Source of the DNA: an uncultured Gemmatimonadota bacterium | Lineage (GTDB): Bacteria > JAAXHH01 | Assembly (NCBI GenBank): GCA_951812955.1 | Contig: OX638340.1 | Coordinates: 1,120,001 to 1,184,000, forward strand | Direction of reading: 5' to 3' | Length of the DNA stretch: 64,000 bases | In this document: piece by piece, positions 1 to 9,491 of the stretch | Layout of the letters: each line of letters opens with the position of its first letter | Position numbering within the stretch: position 1 is the stretch's first letter | Translations under genes and position numbers: made by a program | The notes under the pieces: model-generated | What the model was told of the DNA's origin: nothing | Database searches by the model: none | The model's input: the letters and a program-made list of their open reading frames with translations, nothing else

Positions 1-1015
1 CGTCCGTCGCTAGCACGTCTTTCCATGTAGGATCGTCGAAACGGTGGTATTCCAGTGCCAGGAAGTTCGGGACACTCGCGCAGACGTGGGCGTCCCCGAC
101 CGTGCTCAACGCGCTGGAGTTGTTGTGCGGAGCGAATGGCACGTAATACATCTCGGCCATGTTGGCGATCTTTCGGCATTCCGACAGGCCGCCGCATTTC
201 GAGATGTCCGGCATGATGATATCGGCGGCCTGCTGCTGCAGCAGGTCGCGGAAGCCATGGCGAAGATAGAGGTTTTCGCCGACGCAGATGGGCGTCCCCG
301 TGGCCTGCGTGATCTTGGCCAGGGCGTCGATGTTCTCGGGGGGAACCGGCTCTTCAAGCCACAGGAGATTCAGCGGTTCGAGTTCCTGGGCCATTTTCAT
401 CCCCGCGCTGGCGTCATACCTGCCATGCAAGTCGATGGCAAGATCAAGAGACGGTCCGATGCCCTCGCGGATCGCATACGCTTCATCCACCAGGGACTTG
501 AGTTCATCGGGCGTCACCGACCAGTTCCACGGATCCAGCTTGTGTGGGTTATCCGCGTCGTCCAGATCGAACTTGATCGCCGTGAAACCCTGTTCCCGCA
601 CCTCCGCGGCACGTTCGTTGTAGTCGGCGTGGGCACTGTCCACGTATAGACGAACCCGGTCACGGAACTTGCCGCCCAGAAGCCGGTAGACGGGGACGCC
701 CTGGGCCTTCCCCGCCAGGTCCCACAGGGCAACCTCGATGCCTGTGAGCGCGGAGATCGAAGCGCCGCCCGCACCGCCCATGAAGATGTACCTTCGACGG
801 ATGTACTCGAAACAGGCATCCACGTCCCTCGGGTCCATGCCGATAATCATCTTCGCCATGTGCCGGGTCGACTCCCGCCAGCCGCCGTCGACGTGACTGG
901 CTTCCCCCGTGCCGTATACCCCCTCGTCCGTGTATACGCGAACGTAATGGTACCGGTAGGTGGTATTCCCTGATTTAACCGGGACGTCAGCAGTTTTTAT
1001 TTCGGTGATCTTCAT
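1..1015 (-). CDS. Enolase-superfamily enzyme (mandelate racemase/muconate lactonizing enzyme family; acid-sugar dehydratase-like). C-terminus runs off the window start.
   Basis: Reverse-strand translation from ATG (complement of 1013-1015) gives MKITEIKTADVPVKSGNTTYRYHYVRVYTDEGVYGTGEA...AIKFDLDD...LWLEEP...ICVGENLY. The capping-domain N-terminus plus KxK/D/E/D barrel metal-ligand pattern is typical of MR/MLE enzymes. An AGGAG RBS lies 6 nt upstream. Not in the ORF track because it runs off the edge. Confidence 0.75.
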   Translation of the reverse strand, partial: MKITEIKTADVPVKSGNTTYRYHYVRVYTDEGVYGTGEASHVDGGWRESTRHMAKMIIGMDPRDVDACFEYIRRRYIFMGGAGGASISALTGIEVALWDLAGKAQGVPVYRLLGGKFRDRVRLYVDSAHADYNERAAEVREQGFTAIKFDLDDADNPHKLDPWNWSVTPDELKSLVDEAYAIREGIGPSLDLAIDLHGRYDASAGMKMAQELEPLNLLWLEEPVPPENIDALAKITQATGTPICVGENLYLRHGFRDLLQQQAADIIMPDISKCGGLSECRKIANMAEMYYVPFAPHNNSSALSTVGDAHVCASVPNFLALEYHRFDDPTWKDVLATD

Positions 1016-1158
1016 CCGTGCTCCTGTCTGATTTTAAATCGATCGCAACATCCCGTCCCAATCACGGATTGCCTACTTCAATGCTAATCTCGTATACGCA
1101 ACTACCGGAATACCTATCTCGCATGCGCAACTACTGGCACTCCTACTTCAATGCCTGC

Positions 1159-3279
1159 TCAGTCTCCGATCCGGACCGCCTTCAACCGGTTGTTGTAGTG
1201 GTCGCTGACGAGCAGCACGTCTTCGCCGAAGAAACACAGGCCATGGGGCTCGTTCAACGGCGCATCCAGTGCTGGCACCGACCGGTCGGTGTCGCCATAA
1301 TCCCCGCTGCCGGCGACGGTCTCAATCAGGCCGTTTCCGGGAAAGCGCCGCACGCGGTTGTTGCCCGAGTCGGAAAAGTATACACGTCCTTGTTTGTCCA
1401 AGGCCAGGCCTCGGGGAACAGATATCGCAGCGCTGGTAGCCTTTGTACCGTCCGGAGAAAATCCGGCTTCTCCGGTTCCGGCCAAAGTAGAAATAACCCC
1501 CGTATCTGCGTCCACCCGCCTGATGACATGATATCGGTCGTCCGCGAAGTAGAGGTGGCCGGAACCATCTACTCTAATGGCCGTAGGTGAGCCGACCCGC
1601 GCACGGGTCGCCGGACCGCCGTCGCCTGAATACCCCTGCAACCCGATGCCCGCGACCGTGGTGATGATACCCGTTCGTGCGTCTACTCGCCTGATGCGCC
1701 CGCAACCGGCATCGCCGATGTATATGTCGTCATCGGGACCGTGGGTCACGGCGAGGACGTGCATCAGGCACGCGCTCAGGGCCGGACCGCCGTCTCCCTT
1801 GTCCCACTGAAAGGCCGCGCCGGCGACGTTGCGGATAACGCCGTCTCGATCGATCCTACGCACGTGGCCGTGCCGCGTATCGGCGATGATCACGCGGCCG
1901 GCGCGATCCACCGACACGTCGTGGGGATTGCCAAGGTGGGCGTCGACGGCCGCACCGCCGTCGCCGCCGTAGGCCCGCGCACCGGTACCGGCAATGGTTC
2001 GAAAGATCCCGGTGTCCGGGTCGATGGACCGGATTCGCTGATTCCACACGTCGGCGATATGGATCGTGCCACCGGGGCCGACCGACAGGCCGCCCGGGCC
2101 GTTGAGAAACCCGGCCCTGGCGTTCTCGCCGTCGTGTACGCTGGTGCCGCCAAGGACGGTTGTAACGATCCCGGTACCGCCGTCGCACCTTCTGAGCCGG
2201 CCGGAGCAGTCGCCCCAGAAAACCGTGCCGTCCGGATCGGCGCAGATCCCCGCTTCCACGGAGTTGCACCGGGTGATGACGCCAGGCAGCCCTTCTTCGC
2301 CGAAACCCGGCTCGCCGGTCCCGACGAGTGTGCGGACGAGTCCGGTCTCCCGCTCCACCTTGCGGACCCGGAAGCCGTACTTCTCGCCGACGTAGAGGTT
2401 GTCGTGGACATCCAGGCAGATCGCGTCCGGCATGAGCGTGCTCGCCTCCGCGGCCGGACCGCCGTCCCCGTTGGAGGCGCGCTGTCCATTGCCCAGGACC
2501 GTGTCGATGATCCCGGACCGCATGTCGATCCTGCGTACCCGGTCGTTGGAATTGTCGCACACATATAGATCGCCCACTGAGTCGAAGGCAAGATGTTCCG
2601 GGTGGTTGAATCCGGCGTCCTTCGCCGGACCACCGTCGCCGTGGTATCCTCCCAGGCTCAGCCCCCTGCCCGAGTATGGCCGGCTGTCACCCCGTTCGGA
2701 TGGATAGTGCCGGGCATGATGGCCGAATACCGTATCGACGATCCCGGTCTGCGCGTCTATGCGACGGATGTTGTTGGTCCACTCGCTTGACAGGTACACG
2801 GTTCCATCGGGGTCCACGGCCACGCCGCAGGTACAGTCCAATTCGGCTTCCAGGGCCGGACCGCCGTCGCCGCCCCGGCCTATCCGCCCGTTACCGGCAA
2901 CGCGTGTGATGATGCCGGTCTCGTAATCGATTCGCCGGATGGTGAAGTTGCCCAGATCCGACAGATAGAGGTTGCCATGGCGGTCCTGGCATAGATCATG
3001 GGGGTGGCGGAACCGCGCTTCGGCGGCCGGACCGCCGTCGCCCGAATCGCCCGCGATGCCGTCCCCGGCAAAGGCGTGCAGCGTGCCATCGAGATCAATC
3101 CGCCAGATGCGATGCCACTGGTAGTCGATCACGATCAGGTCGCCGTCGGGCCGACGCACCACACCCATGGGCCACCCGGCGTCAGCTTCCCGCGCAGGGA
3201 TTCCCGCCCGCTGGCCCACACCCGCAATGATGGTAATCTCACCGGGAGGCAGGCTTTGTAGTTTTGTGATCATGCTCAT
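1159..3279 (-). CDS. NHL repeat-containing beta-propeller protein (706 aa)
   Basis: Track ORF. More than 10 repeats of the pattern (L/I)Y(V/L)xDxxNxR(V/I)RR(I/V)D...GxIxTVAG.G.....GDGGPA, diagnostic of NHL repeats. Confidence 0.75.
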   Translation of the reverse strand: MSMITKLQSLPPGEITIIAGVGQRAGIPAREADAGWPMGVVRRPDGDLIVIDYQWHRIWRIDLDGTLHAFAGDGIAGDSGDGGPAAEARFRHPHDLCQDRHGNLYLSDLGNFTIRRIDYETGIITRVAGNGRIGRGGDGGPALEAELDCTCGVAVDPDGTVYLSSEWTNNIRRIDAQTGIVDTVFGHHARHYPSERGDSRPYSGRGLSLGGYHGDGGPAKDAGFNHPEHLAFDSVGDLYVCDNSNDRVRRIDMRSGIIDTVLGNGQRASNGDGGPAAEASTLMPDAICLDVHDNLYVGEKYGFRVRKVERETGLVRTLVGTGEPGFGEEGLPGVITRCNSVEAGICADPDGTVFWGDCSGRLRRCDGGTGIVTTVLGGTSVHDGENARAGFLNGPGGLSVGPGGTIHIADVWNQRIRSIDPDTGIFRTIAGTGARAYGGDGGAAVDAHLGNPHDVSVDRAGRVIIADTRHGHVRRIDRDGVIRNVAGAAFQWDKGDGGPALSACLMHVLAVTHGPDDDIYIGDAGCGRIRRVDARTGIITTVAGIGLQGYSGDGGPATRARVGSPTAIRVDGSGHLYFADDRYHVIRRVDADTGVISTLAGTGEAGFSPDGTKATSAAISVPRGLALDKQGRVYFSDSGNNRVRRFPGNGLIETVAGSGDYGDTDRSVPALDAPLNEPHGLCFFGEDVLLVSDHYNNRLKAVRIGD

Positions 3280-3454
3280 GCGTAATGGGCGAGGACCGGC
3301 GCCGGTCCGATGTGCCCGTGACAGGCGATAAAGCCTCGCCGATCGCGTCTGATTCTTCGAGGTATCAGGGCGTACAGGGCGGCAGCTTCAATGGGAAGCC
3401 GCCAAGTCAAGATGGTACAGGATCCGCACATGGTTGGCAACCGTTAAATGCAAA

Positions 3455-3483
3455 TTGACACCGGCACCGGGACCGGTTAAAAT
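3455..3483 (+). promoter_or_regulatory. Sigma70-like promoter candidate (TTGACA-N17-TAAAAT) upstream of patB/malY-like gene
   Basis: TTGACA at 3455-3460, 17-nt GC-rich spacer containing an imperfect palindrome (accggcaccgggaccggt), TAAAAT at 3478-3483. About 65 nt upstream of the ATG at 3549. It stands out in otherwise GC-rich DNA. Confidence 0.35.
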
Positions 3484-3548
3484 ACGTCGCCGTCCGCACT
3501 TGTTCCAGTGCCTCCCCATATCCCCGTATTGATGGAGAATGCCTCCCC

Positions 3549-4766
3549 ATGAACTATGATTTCGACCGGATCATCAATCGCAACGGCACCAATTCCTACA
3601 AGTGGGACTATGTGAAACGGGACGGGGCCGTTGTCCCCTGGGACGAGACCGATTCAGGCAGGCACGAAAAACCCGTACTGCCGCTATGGGTCGCGGATAT
3701 GGACTTTCCGTGCCCGCAGCCGGTGGTCGACGCGGTGACTGATATCGCCCGCTTGGGCGTTTACGGGTACGCCTTCCCGCCGCCGTCCTATTATGACTCC
3801 GTGGTTCGGTGGATGAAGCGGCGTCATGGCTGGACCGTCGATCCCGACACCATATGTTTTACGCCTGGTATCGTACCCGCCCTGCACATGCTGGTTTCGG
3901 CCTACACGAACCCGGGTGACAAGGTGCTGGTCCAACCCCCGGTGTACTACCCATTCTTCAACGCCATCGAGAATCTTCAGACGGTCCCGGCGTTGAATCC
4001 ACTGACCTACCGGGACGGCCGGTATTACATGGACTTTGACGACTTGGCGGTCAAGTGTGCCGATCCGGACGTTAAACTGGCCATTCTGTGCAGCCCGCAC
4101 AATCCCGTCGGCCGGGTCTGGTCCGCGGATGAGCTGCGGCGCTTCGGCCGGATCTGCATGGATAACGACGTGCTGGTCGTTTCCGATGAAATCCACTGCG
4201 ACCTGATCCTCGGAGACCGGACCTTCACGGCCTATGCTACACTCGGCGAGGAATACGAGGAACGGTCGATTATCTGCACCTCGCCCAGCAAGACCTTCAA
4301 TCTCGCCGCCCTGCAGGCTTCGAACATGATGATTCCCGATCCGGGACTCAGGGAGACCTTTCAGTCCACCGTCCGCAACGCCGGCCTATTCACCCTCAAT
4401 CCTTTCGGCATCGCGGCCGTCCAAGCCGCCTATGACCACGGGGAGGAATGGCTGGACCAACTCCTCGCCTACCTGGAAGGGAATTTCCGGTTTCTCGACT
4501 CCTTCTTCCGCGAGCGCCTGCCCGGCATACCCGTCATCGAAACCGAGGGTACCTATCTCGTCTGGGTGGACTTCACGAGCCTGGGCCTGGACAAGGACGC
4601 CCTCCAGCGCCTCATGATGGAGGAGGCCCGCGTTTTCCTCGACGAGGGGTACATCTTCGGCCGCGAGGGCGAGGGCTTCGAGCGGATCAACATCGCCTGC
4701 CCCCGGTCGATCCTTGCGGAGGCATTGGAAAGGATCGAGGGGGCTGTGAAGGGGATCATGTCGTAA
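3549..4766 (+). CDS. patB: PLP-dependent C-S lyase, MalY/PatB family cystathionine beta-lyase (aminotransferase class I/II fold)
   Basis: NRNGTNSYKWD near the N-terminus, LPLWVADMDFPCP, LVQPPVYYPF, TSPSKTFNLAALQAS. These align closely with B. subtilis PatB / E. coli MalY (remembered sequences). Confidence 0.9.
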   Translation: MNYDFDRIINRNGTNSYKWDYVKRDGAVVPWDETDSGRHEKPVLPLWVADMDFPCPQPVVDAVTDIARLGVYGYAFPPPSYYDSVVRWMKRRHGWTVDPDTICFTPGIVPALHMLVSAYTNPGDKVLVQPPVYYPFFNAIENLQTVPALNPLTYRDGRYYMDFDDLAVKCADPDVKLAILCSPHNPVGRVWSADELRRFGRICMDNDVLVVSDEIHCDLILGDRTFTAYATLGEEYEERSIICTSPSKTFNLAALQASNMMIPDPGLRETFQSTVRNAGLFTLNPFGIAAVQAAYDHGEEWLDQLLAYLEGNFRFLDSFFRERLPGIPVIETEGTYLVWVDFTSLGLDKDALQRLMMEEARVFLDEGYIFGREGEGFERINIACPRSILAEALERIEGAVKGIMS

Positions 4767-4978
4767 TGGTTTCTGTTAAATGGGCTTAAGACTTGAACGA
4801 TCGTCGAAATTCACGTTGTTGTTTCGAGCAGAAGCTGACAAGCGCTAACACTGTAGCTTAACTACATGTCCCATTTTGGGGTGCACTACAAACTTAATCT
4901 AAGTCCCAGATCGGACGTGGCGAAGAAGAAACCAATATAACTCCGTCATGTCTTAACGAGATTTAGCAATCAAGCATT

Positions 4979-6481
4979 TCAGTATAATATAGTGATGTTT
5001 TTGTCAGTTGAGACTGTACCGGAACTTTTTTTTCCTTTCCGATCCTTACCCACACGGCTCACTACCACCCCCACGATCACGTTCAGCGCCAGGCCCAGCA
5101 CGCCGGCGTGCCATCCCCAGACCTTGCCCAGGCCCGCGAGGGTCAACCCTCCTGCCAGCAACGTGCCCGCGGCCATGCCGACGGCCGCGCCCGTCGCATT
5201 GAATCGCGGCCAGAGCACCCCCAGCACGAACAGCGGCGCCGTCTGGATCAGCACCTCCATTTTGAGCTCTATGAGTCCCCAGAGCGTGAGATCCGGGGAC
5301 AGAGCGATGAGCACCAGGATGGCCATGATCGCCCAGGATATGCGCTTGCCCCACGCGGTAAGACGTTCCTCCGGTAACGACCCTATCCGGAACCTGCCCA
5401 GCACATCCTTGACGAGCAGGGAGGAGAGGCTGAGCAGGACTGAATCGGCCGTCGACATGATGGCCGCGACGATGCCGGTGAGGACGAGCACGGTCATGAC
5501 GTACAGCCAGATGGATTCCGCCGCCCATACCCGGAGCAGGCGGGGCATGACCTGGTCGGTGTCTATGCCTTGCAGGCCCGCCAACTGCGGGATGGCCAGG
5601 ATCCCCACGAGCACGACCGCCGAGATGGTGACCAGGGGCATGAAGGCCATGAAGGTAAACGACCGTTTCAGGCTGCGGGTGCTCCGCGCCGCGAAGATTC
5701 GCTGAATGGCCTGGGGATATACGGCGGCGGCGAAACCCACCAGCAGGACCGTGCTGATCCATGTGCGGATCGTGTCTCCCTCCGGGAGCGCGGCTTTCTC
5801 AGGCTGGTTGGCGATGATCCATGCCGTCGCTTCCCCCAGGCGATCGCTGCCCGGCACCACGGCCGCCAGCATGCCGAGCAGACCCGCGAAGAGCAACAGT
5901 CCCTGGATGCAGTCGGTCCAGGCCACGGCCTGCATGCCGCCGATAGTCTCGTAGACCAGGATGATGACGCCCAGAACCACGACCCCAGCCCAGAACGGTA
6001 TGGTTCCGCCCGATAGACCTGAGACGATGTGCCCCACGGCGAGGAGCTGGGCGAGCAGGTAGTTGGAGATGGCGACCACGAAAAGGACGCCAGCGAAGAG
6101 TGTCAGTCCTTTCGATCCGAATCGATGGGTGATCCAGTCGCCCGGCGTCACGAAGTTCCACTGGCGGGAGGCGTTATAGAGCGGCGGCGCGAAGAGCAGA
6201 TAGGCCACCACGATGGCCATCATGAATCCGATGCTCATGATCCACGCGAAGCCCAGCCGGTAGGCCTCGCCAGGATAGCCGATGAGCGTATTGCCGCTGT
6301 ACTGCGTGGCGTAAAGTGTGAAGAAGAGGACCAGCGCGCCCAAGTTCTTGCCCGCCAGGTAGAAGGACGACATGGAGTTGTCCCGCCGACGGGACCGGGC
6401 CACGTATCCGAGGACAATCATGAAGACGAGGTACGCGACCAGGAACAGGAGTGCGCCGGGTCCGTAGGGCTGGTCCGCCAT
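4979..6481 (-). CDS. Sodium:solute symporter (SSS/SSF family) transporter
   Basis: 500 aa polytopic membrane protein with GGMQAVAWTDCIQ and a typical SSS topology/hydrophobicity pattern. Preceded by a DUF3311-like micro-protein, as in many SSS operons. Confidence 0.8.
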   Translation of the reverse strand: MADQPYGPGALLFLVAYLVFMIVLGYVARSRRRDNSMSSFYLAGKNLGALVLFFTLYATQYSGNTLIGYPGEAYRLGFAWIMSIGFMMAIVVAYLLFAPPLYNASRQWNFVTPGDWITHRFGSKGLTLFAGVLFVVAISNYLLAQLLAVGHIVSGLSGGTIPFWAGVVVLGVIILVYETIGGMQAVAWTDCIQGLLLFAGLLGMLAAVVPGSDRLGEATAWIIANQPEKAALPEGDTIRTWISTVLLVGFAAAVYPQAIQRIFAARSTRSLKRSFTFMAFMPLVTISAVVLVGILAIPQLAGLQGIDTDQVMPRLLRVWAAESIWLYVMTVLVLTGIVAAIMSTADSVLLSLSSLLVKDVLGRFRIGSLPEERLTAWGKRISWAIMAILVLIALSPDLTLWGLIELKMEVLIQTAPLFVLGVLWPRFNATGAAVGMAAGTLLAGGLTLAGLGKVWGWHAGVLGLALNVIVGVVVSRVGKDRKGKKSSGTVSTDKNITILY

Positions 6482-6484
6482 GAG

Positions 6485-6703
6485 CTAACCGTCCTCCCGC
6501 CAGAATCTGTGGATCACGTAAGCCGTGAAGCACGCGATAGCCAGGCAGACGCCGAGGCAGATCACGACCCAGTACGGCAGGCCGAACCAAACCGGCATCG
6601 GGTCGATTTTCGGGATATACCATGGAATCGAGAGGGCGAACAGGACTGCGTACACTGCCCAGATCCATCGGGGAAACCGGAGGGCGGAATCGGGAGAAAC
6701 CAT
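6485..6703 (-). CDS. Small two-TM membrane protein (DUF3311-like) co-transcribed with the SSS transporter
   Basis: Internal ATG of track ORF 6485..6874 (MVSPDSALRFPRWIWAVYAVLFALSIPWYIP...). The Arg-rich 57-aa N-terminal extension in the track looks like non-coding read-through. The stop is 3 nt before the transporter start. Confidence 0.55.
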   Translation of the reverse strand: MVSPDSALRFPRWIWAVYAVLFALSIPWYIPKIDPMPVWFGLPYWVVICLGVCLAIACFTAYVIHRFWREDG

Positions 6704-6744
6704 AAATGTACTCAAAAAGTAGTACCCGGGAAAAACCGTATCCG

Positions 6745-7593
6745 CTACACGCGAACGTACTTGTGCACGAGGTTCTCCACGCCCACTTCGCCCACGTAGA
6801 TATCGCCGTAGCGGTCGACCCAGACGCTGTGGGCGCCATGGGCGCGATCGACGGGTCCGCCCCGGACGACCCACTGGGCGATGAGCCTTCCGTCCATGTT
6901 CATGATGGTGACCCCGCCGCCCTCGCCCAGGAAGACCGTATCCTCGTCATCCACGAACAGGCCGCAGGGCGCGGGACGCCCGGGCCATTCCGCGAGAAAG
7001 CTGCCCTCGGAGTCGAAGACCTGAATCCGGTTGTTGGTCTCCCGGTCGGCCACGAGAAGGCGTCCGTCGGACGCGGGAAAAATGTTATGGGGTAAGGTGA
7101 ACCGGCCGGGCGCGCTGCCTTGACCGCCCCAGGTGTGGACCAGGTCTCCCGAGGGCGTCATCCGGTGCACGTAGCACTGCCCGTATCCATCGGCGACGTA
7201 CAGGTCGCCGGACGGTCCTTTCACCACGCGCGTCGGCATATTGAACGGTTTGCCCGGTTCTCCGGTCTGGTTTGGCACGCCCAGTGTCTGCAGCAAGGTG
7301 CCGTCGGTTGAAAATACCCGGACGGTATGGTCTCTGCAGTCCGGAATGAAAATCCTGTCCTCCCCGTCGATCCAGATCTCGTGGGGCAGGGACAAAATGT
7401 CGTGACCCCATTCGTCCAACAGGCGGCCGTCCCGGTCGTAGACCACCACGGCGGGATTCGGCTCCCGGTCGACAACATAGACCCGGTCCCGTGAATCAAC
7501 GGCCACGGCCGTGGCGATACCCAGCGTCCGTTCGGAACCCCATCCGGGCACTTTCTCGTAACAGTAATCACCCGATCCCCAGATCATTGGCAT
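6745..7593 (-). CDS. NHL-repeat / 6-bladed beta-propeller protein (PAL-like, peptidyl-alpha-hydroxyglycine lyase-type fold)
   Basis: Repeated motifs DRVYVVDREPN, DRIFIPDCRDHTVRVF, LYVADGYGQCYVHRM, LLVADRETNNRIQVFD, IYVGEVG. Confidence 0.6.
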   Translation of the reverse strand: MPMIWGSGDYCYEKVPGWGSERTLGIATAVAVDSRDRVYVVDREPNPAVVVYDRDGRLLDEWGHDILSLPHEIWIDGEDRIFIPDCRDHTVRVFSTDGTLLQTLGVPNQTGEPGKPFNMPTRVVKGPSGDLYVADGYGQCYVHRMTPSGDLVHTWGGQGSAPGRFTLPHNIFPASDGRLLVADRETNNRIQVFDSEGSFLAEWPGRPAPCGLFVDDEDTVFLGEGGGVTIMNMDGRLIAQWVVRGGPVDRAHGAHSVWVDRYGDIYVGEVGVENLVHKYVRV

Positions 7594-7853
7594 GTCCTCT
7601 CACGAATCGAATACGCGAATATGCGCTGAACTCCTGCCCCAGCCGGCAAATCCCCGGATGGACCCTATGGGCACAAAGGTTTTGTCGTGCTCATACCCGA
7701 AGTATATACTAAATTCGGTCCTGCGGTACCGGATATTTGCTGTATCAGGGACCTGGTTTCAGGTGCGCTGCGCTGCGGTGCGGTCCAGCTTCCGTATCCC
7801 TCACGTCGGCATCGATTCTCCGGTTTCAACTTACTTATGACAGGAGCCACCGC

Positions 7854-8636
7854 ATGGGTGTACTCGACAGCTTTGGTTTAAAAGGCCGCATCGCCGTGGT
7901 AACGGGCGGCGCGGGACCGCAGTTTGGCAGCAGCATCTCCGAGGCCCTGGCCGAAGCGGGCGCGACCGTGGTCGTCGCCTCCAGGAACATGGAGAACAAC
8001 CACCGGTTCGTTGCCGGATTGAACGAACGGGGATACGATGCGCATCCCGAAGAGCTCGACATCACGAACACCGAATCGATCGGCAGTCTGAAACAACGGG
8101 TAATGGACCGATTCGACCGCGTGGATATACTCGTCAACAGCGCGGTGGTCGGACGCGGCGGCGGGTTCGACGAACAGACCCCCGACTACTGGGCGGCAAG
8201 CGCTCAGGGAAACATGGTAGGCCTTTTCGCGCTGTGCAAGGCCTTCGTTCCGGTCATGGCCAAGCGGGGCGGCGGCAGTGTAATCAACGTTTCCAGTATC
8301 TACGGTGTCGTGGCCAACGACCCGGGCCTCTATGAAGAAACCGGGATGAAGCAGCCTCCCGACTACACCTTCGTCAAGGGCGGCATGATCAATTTCACCC
8401 GGTACATCGCAACCTACTTCGGGAAACAGGGCGTTCGGGCCAACTGCATCTGTCCGGGCGGTTACTTCAACGAACAGCCCGGTCCCTTTGTGCGCCGGTA
8501 CGAGCGCCGCGTTCCCCTCGGACGCATGCTGAACAACGAGGATCTCAAAGGTGCCGTAGTCTTCCTGGCCTCCGACGCATCCAGGTACGTCACCGGCGTC
8601 TCGTTGATGGTCGACGGCGGCTGGACGGCCCTCTAG
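7854..8636 (+). CDS. SDR-family short-chain dehydrogenase/reductase
   Basis: Internal ATG at 7854 with an AGGAG RBS. GRIAVVTGGAGPQFG Rossmann motif, NSAV, and a YxxxK catalytic dyad region (YTFVKGG). Confidence 0.85.
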   Translation: MGVLDSFGLKGRIAVVTGGAGPQFGSSISEALAEAGATVVVASRNMENNHRFVAGLNERGYDAHPEELDITNTESIGSLKQRVMDRFDRVDILVNSAVVGRGGGFDEQTPDYWAASAQGNMVGLFALCKAFVPVMAKRGGGSVINVSSIYGVVANDPGLYEETGMKQPPDYTFVKGGMINFTRYIATYFGKQGVRANCICPGGYFNEQPGPFVRRYERRVPLGRMLNNEDLKGAVVFLASDASRYVTGVSLMVDGGWTAL

Positions 8637-8671
8637 CAGGACCTCTCCGCTCGACGGTACAGTCTCTGCCG

Positions 8672-8761
8672 GGCCTGTGGTTCCAACCGTTCAACGTGCC
8701 GCGCCTGTTATTCCAGCAGTTCAACGTGACGCGCCTGTTGTTCCAACCGGTCAACGCGTTG
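8672..8761. repeat. Tandem direct repeat, 3 x 30 bp (cctgtNgttccaaccgNtcaacgNgNcgcg), between convergent genes
   Basis: Units at 8672-8701, 8702-8731, 8732-8761 with a few substitutions each. Lies in the 150-bp gap between SDR (+) and epimerase (-) 3' ends. Confidence 0.7.
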
Positions 8762-8786
8762 CGACAGAATTCATGGACCAGTAGGC

Positions 8787-9491
8787 TCACGACTCCGGAT
8801 CGACGATCGATTTGTCCTGGGGATGATAGTCGATCGCTCGTCGGCCGTGGTCCAGGTCGTACATCCGCCCGGTACTGTCGGACACGCCGAATACGACCTC
8901 GAATCGAATGCCGGGGTGGATGACCGCCCGTTCGAACACCCGGACCGCGTCGCCGTGACTCAGGTGATGGGGATGTCCCGGCAGGTCCCGCTGTTTCTGG
9001 AAATTGCCTATGCGCACGCACACGACCTCCATGTCGGACCGCACCGCGTACATGTAACCCAGGCTTTCCCCGAAAACCTTGCTGATGGAATAGTAGCTTT
9101 CCGGCCTCGGAGTCATGTCGATCGTGCGGAAGACGTCCTGCGGATACGGCGCCAGGAGGCCCGCGCGGCTCGCGAAAGCAACCCGGCGCACACCGTTGCG
9201 GCTCGCCGCTTCGAAAAGCGTGTAGGTACCGATGAAGTTGGCATGCAGGATTTCGTCCCACGACGCGCCGCCCGATGGGTTGCCGGCCAGGTGGATCACT
9301 GCGTCCATGCCTTCCGTGGCCTGCATGACCGCGTCCATGTCGGTGATGTCGCCCACGACTTCGTCTTCCAGTCCCGTGGTCGGCACCCGGTCGAAACCGC
9401 GGAGGGGATATCTATCCTTAAGTCCGTTAACGATGATCGAGCCGATGACGCCGGCCGATCCGGTGACGAGTATACGAGGTGTTTCGTTCAT
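8787..9491 (-). CDS. NAD-dependent epimerase/dehydratase family protein (short, 234 aa)
   Basis: N-terminal ILVTGSAGVIGS Rossmann motif and a YxxSK-like region (YYSISK). Start overlaps the stop of the upstream enolase gene (9488-9491). Confidence 0.75.
   Translation of the reverse strand: MNETPRILVTGSAGVIGSIIVNGLKDRYPLRGFDRVPTTGLEDEVVGDITDMDAVMQATEGMDAVIHLAGNPSGGASWDEILHANFIGTYTLFEAASRNGVRRVAFASRAGLLAPYPQDVFRTIDMTPRPESYYSISKVFGESLGYMYAVRSDMEVVCVRIGNFQKQRDLPGHPHHLSHGDAVRVFERAVIHPGIRFEVVFGVSDSTGRMYDLDHGRRAIDYHPQDKSIVDPES

Noticed and set aside
44-649. Plus-strand track ORFs (44..649, 288..623) and many similar long ORFs antisense to real genes (e.g. 1741..2568, 5570..6016, 6029..6799, 9854..10489, 20528..21016, 21086..22015, 33280..33870, 40172..41719, 46916..48109, 49215..50120, 50747..51544, 53947..54975)
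   Set aside because: They lie opposite well-supported minus-strand (or plus-strand) genes with clear family motifs. Their translations are Arg/Gly/Pro/His-rich, typical of GC-driven shadow ORFs.
8672-8761. CRISPR array interpretation of the tandem repeats (8672, 26936, 37630, 44519)
   Set aside because: Repeats are directly adjacent with no unique spacers, the units are 14-72 bp with no spacer-like periodicity, and no cas genes are nearby.
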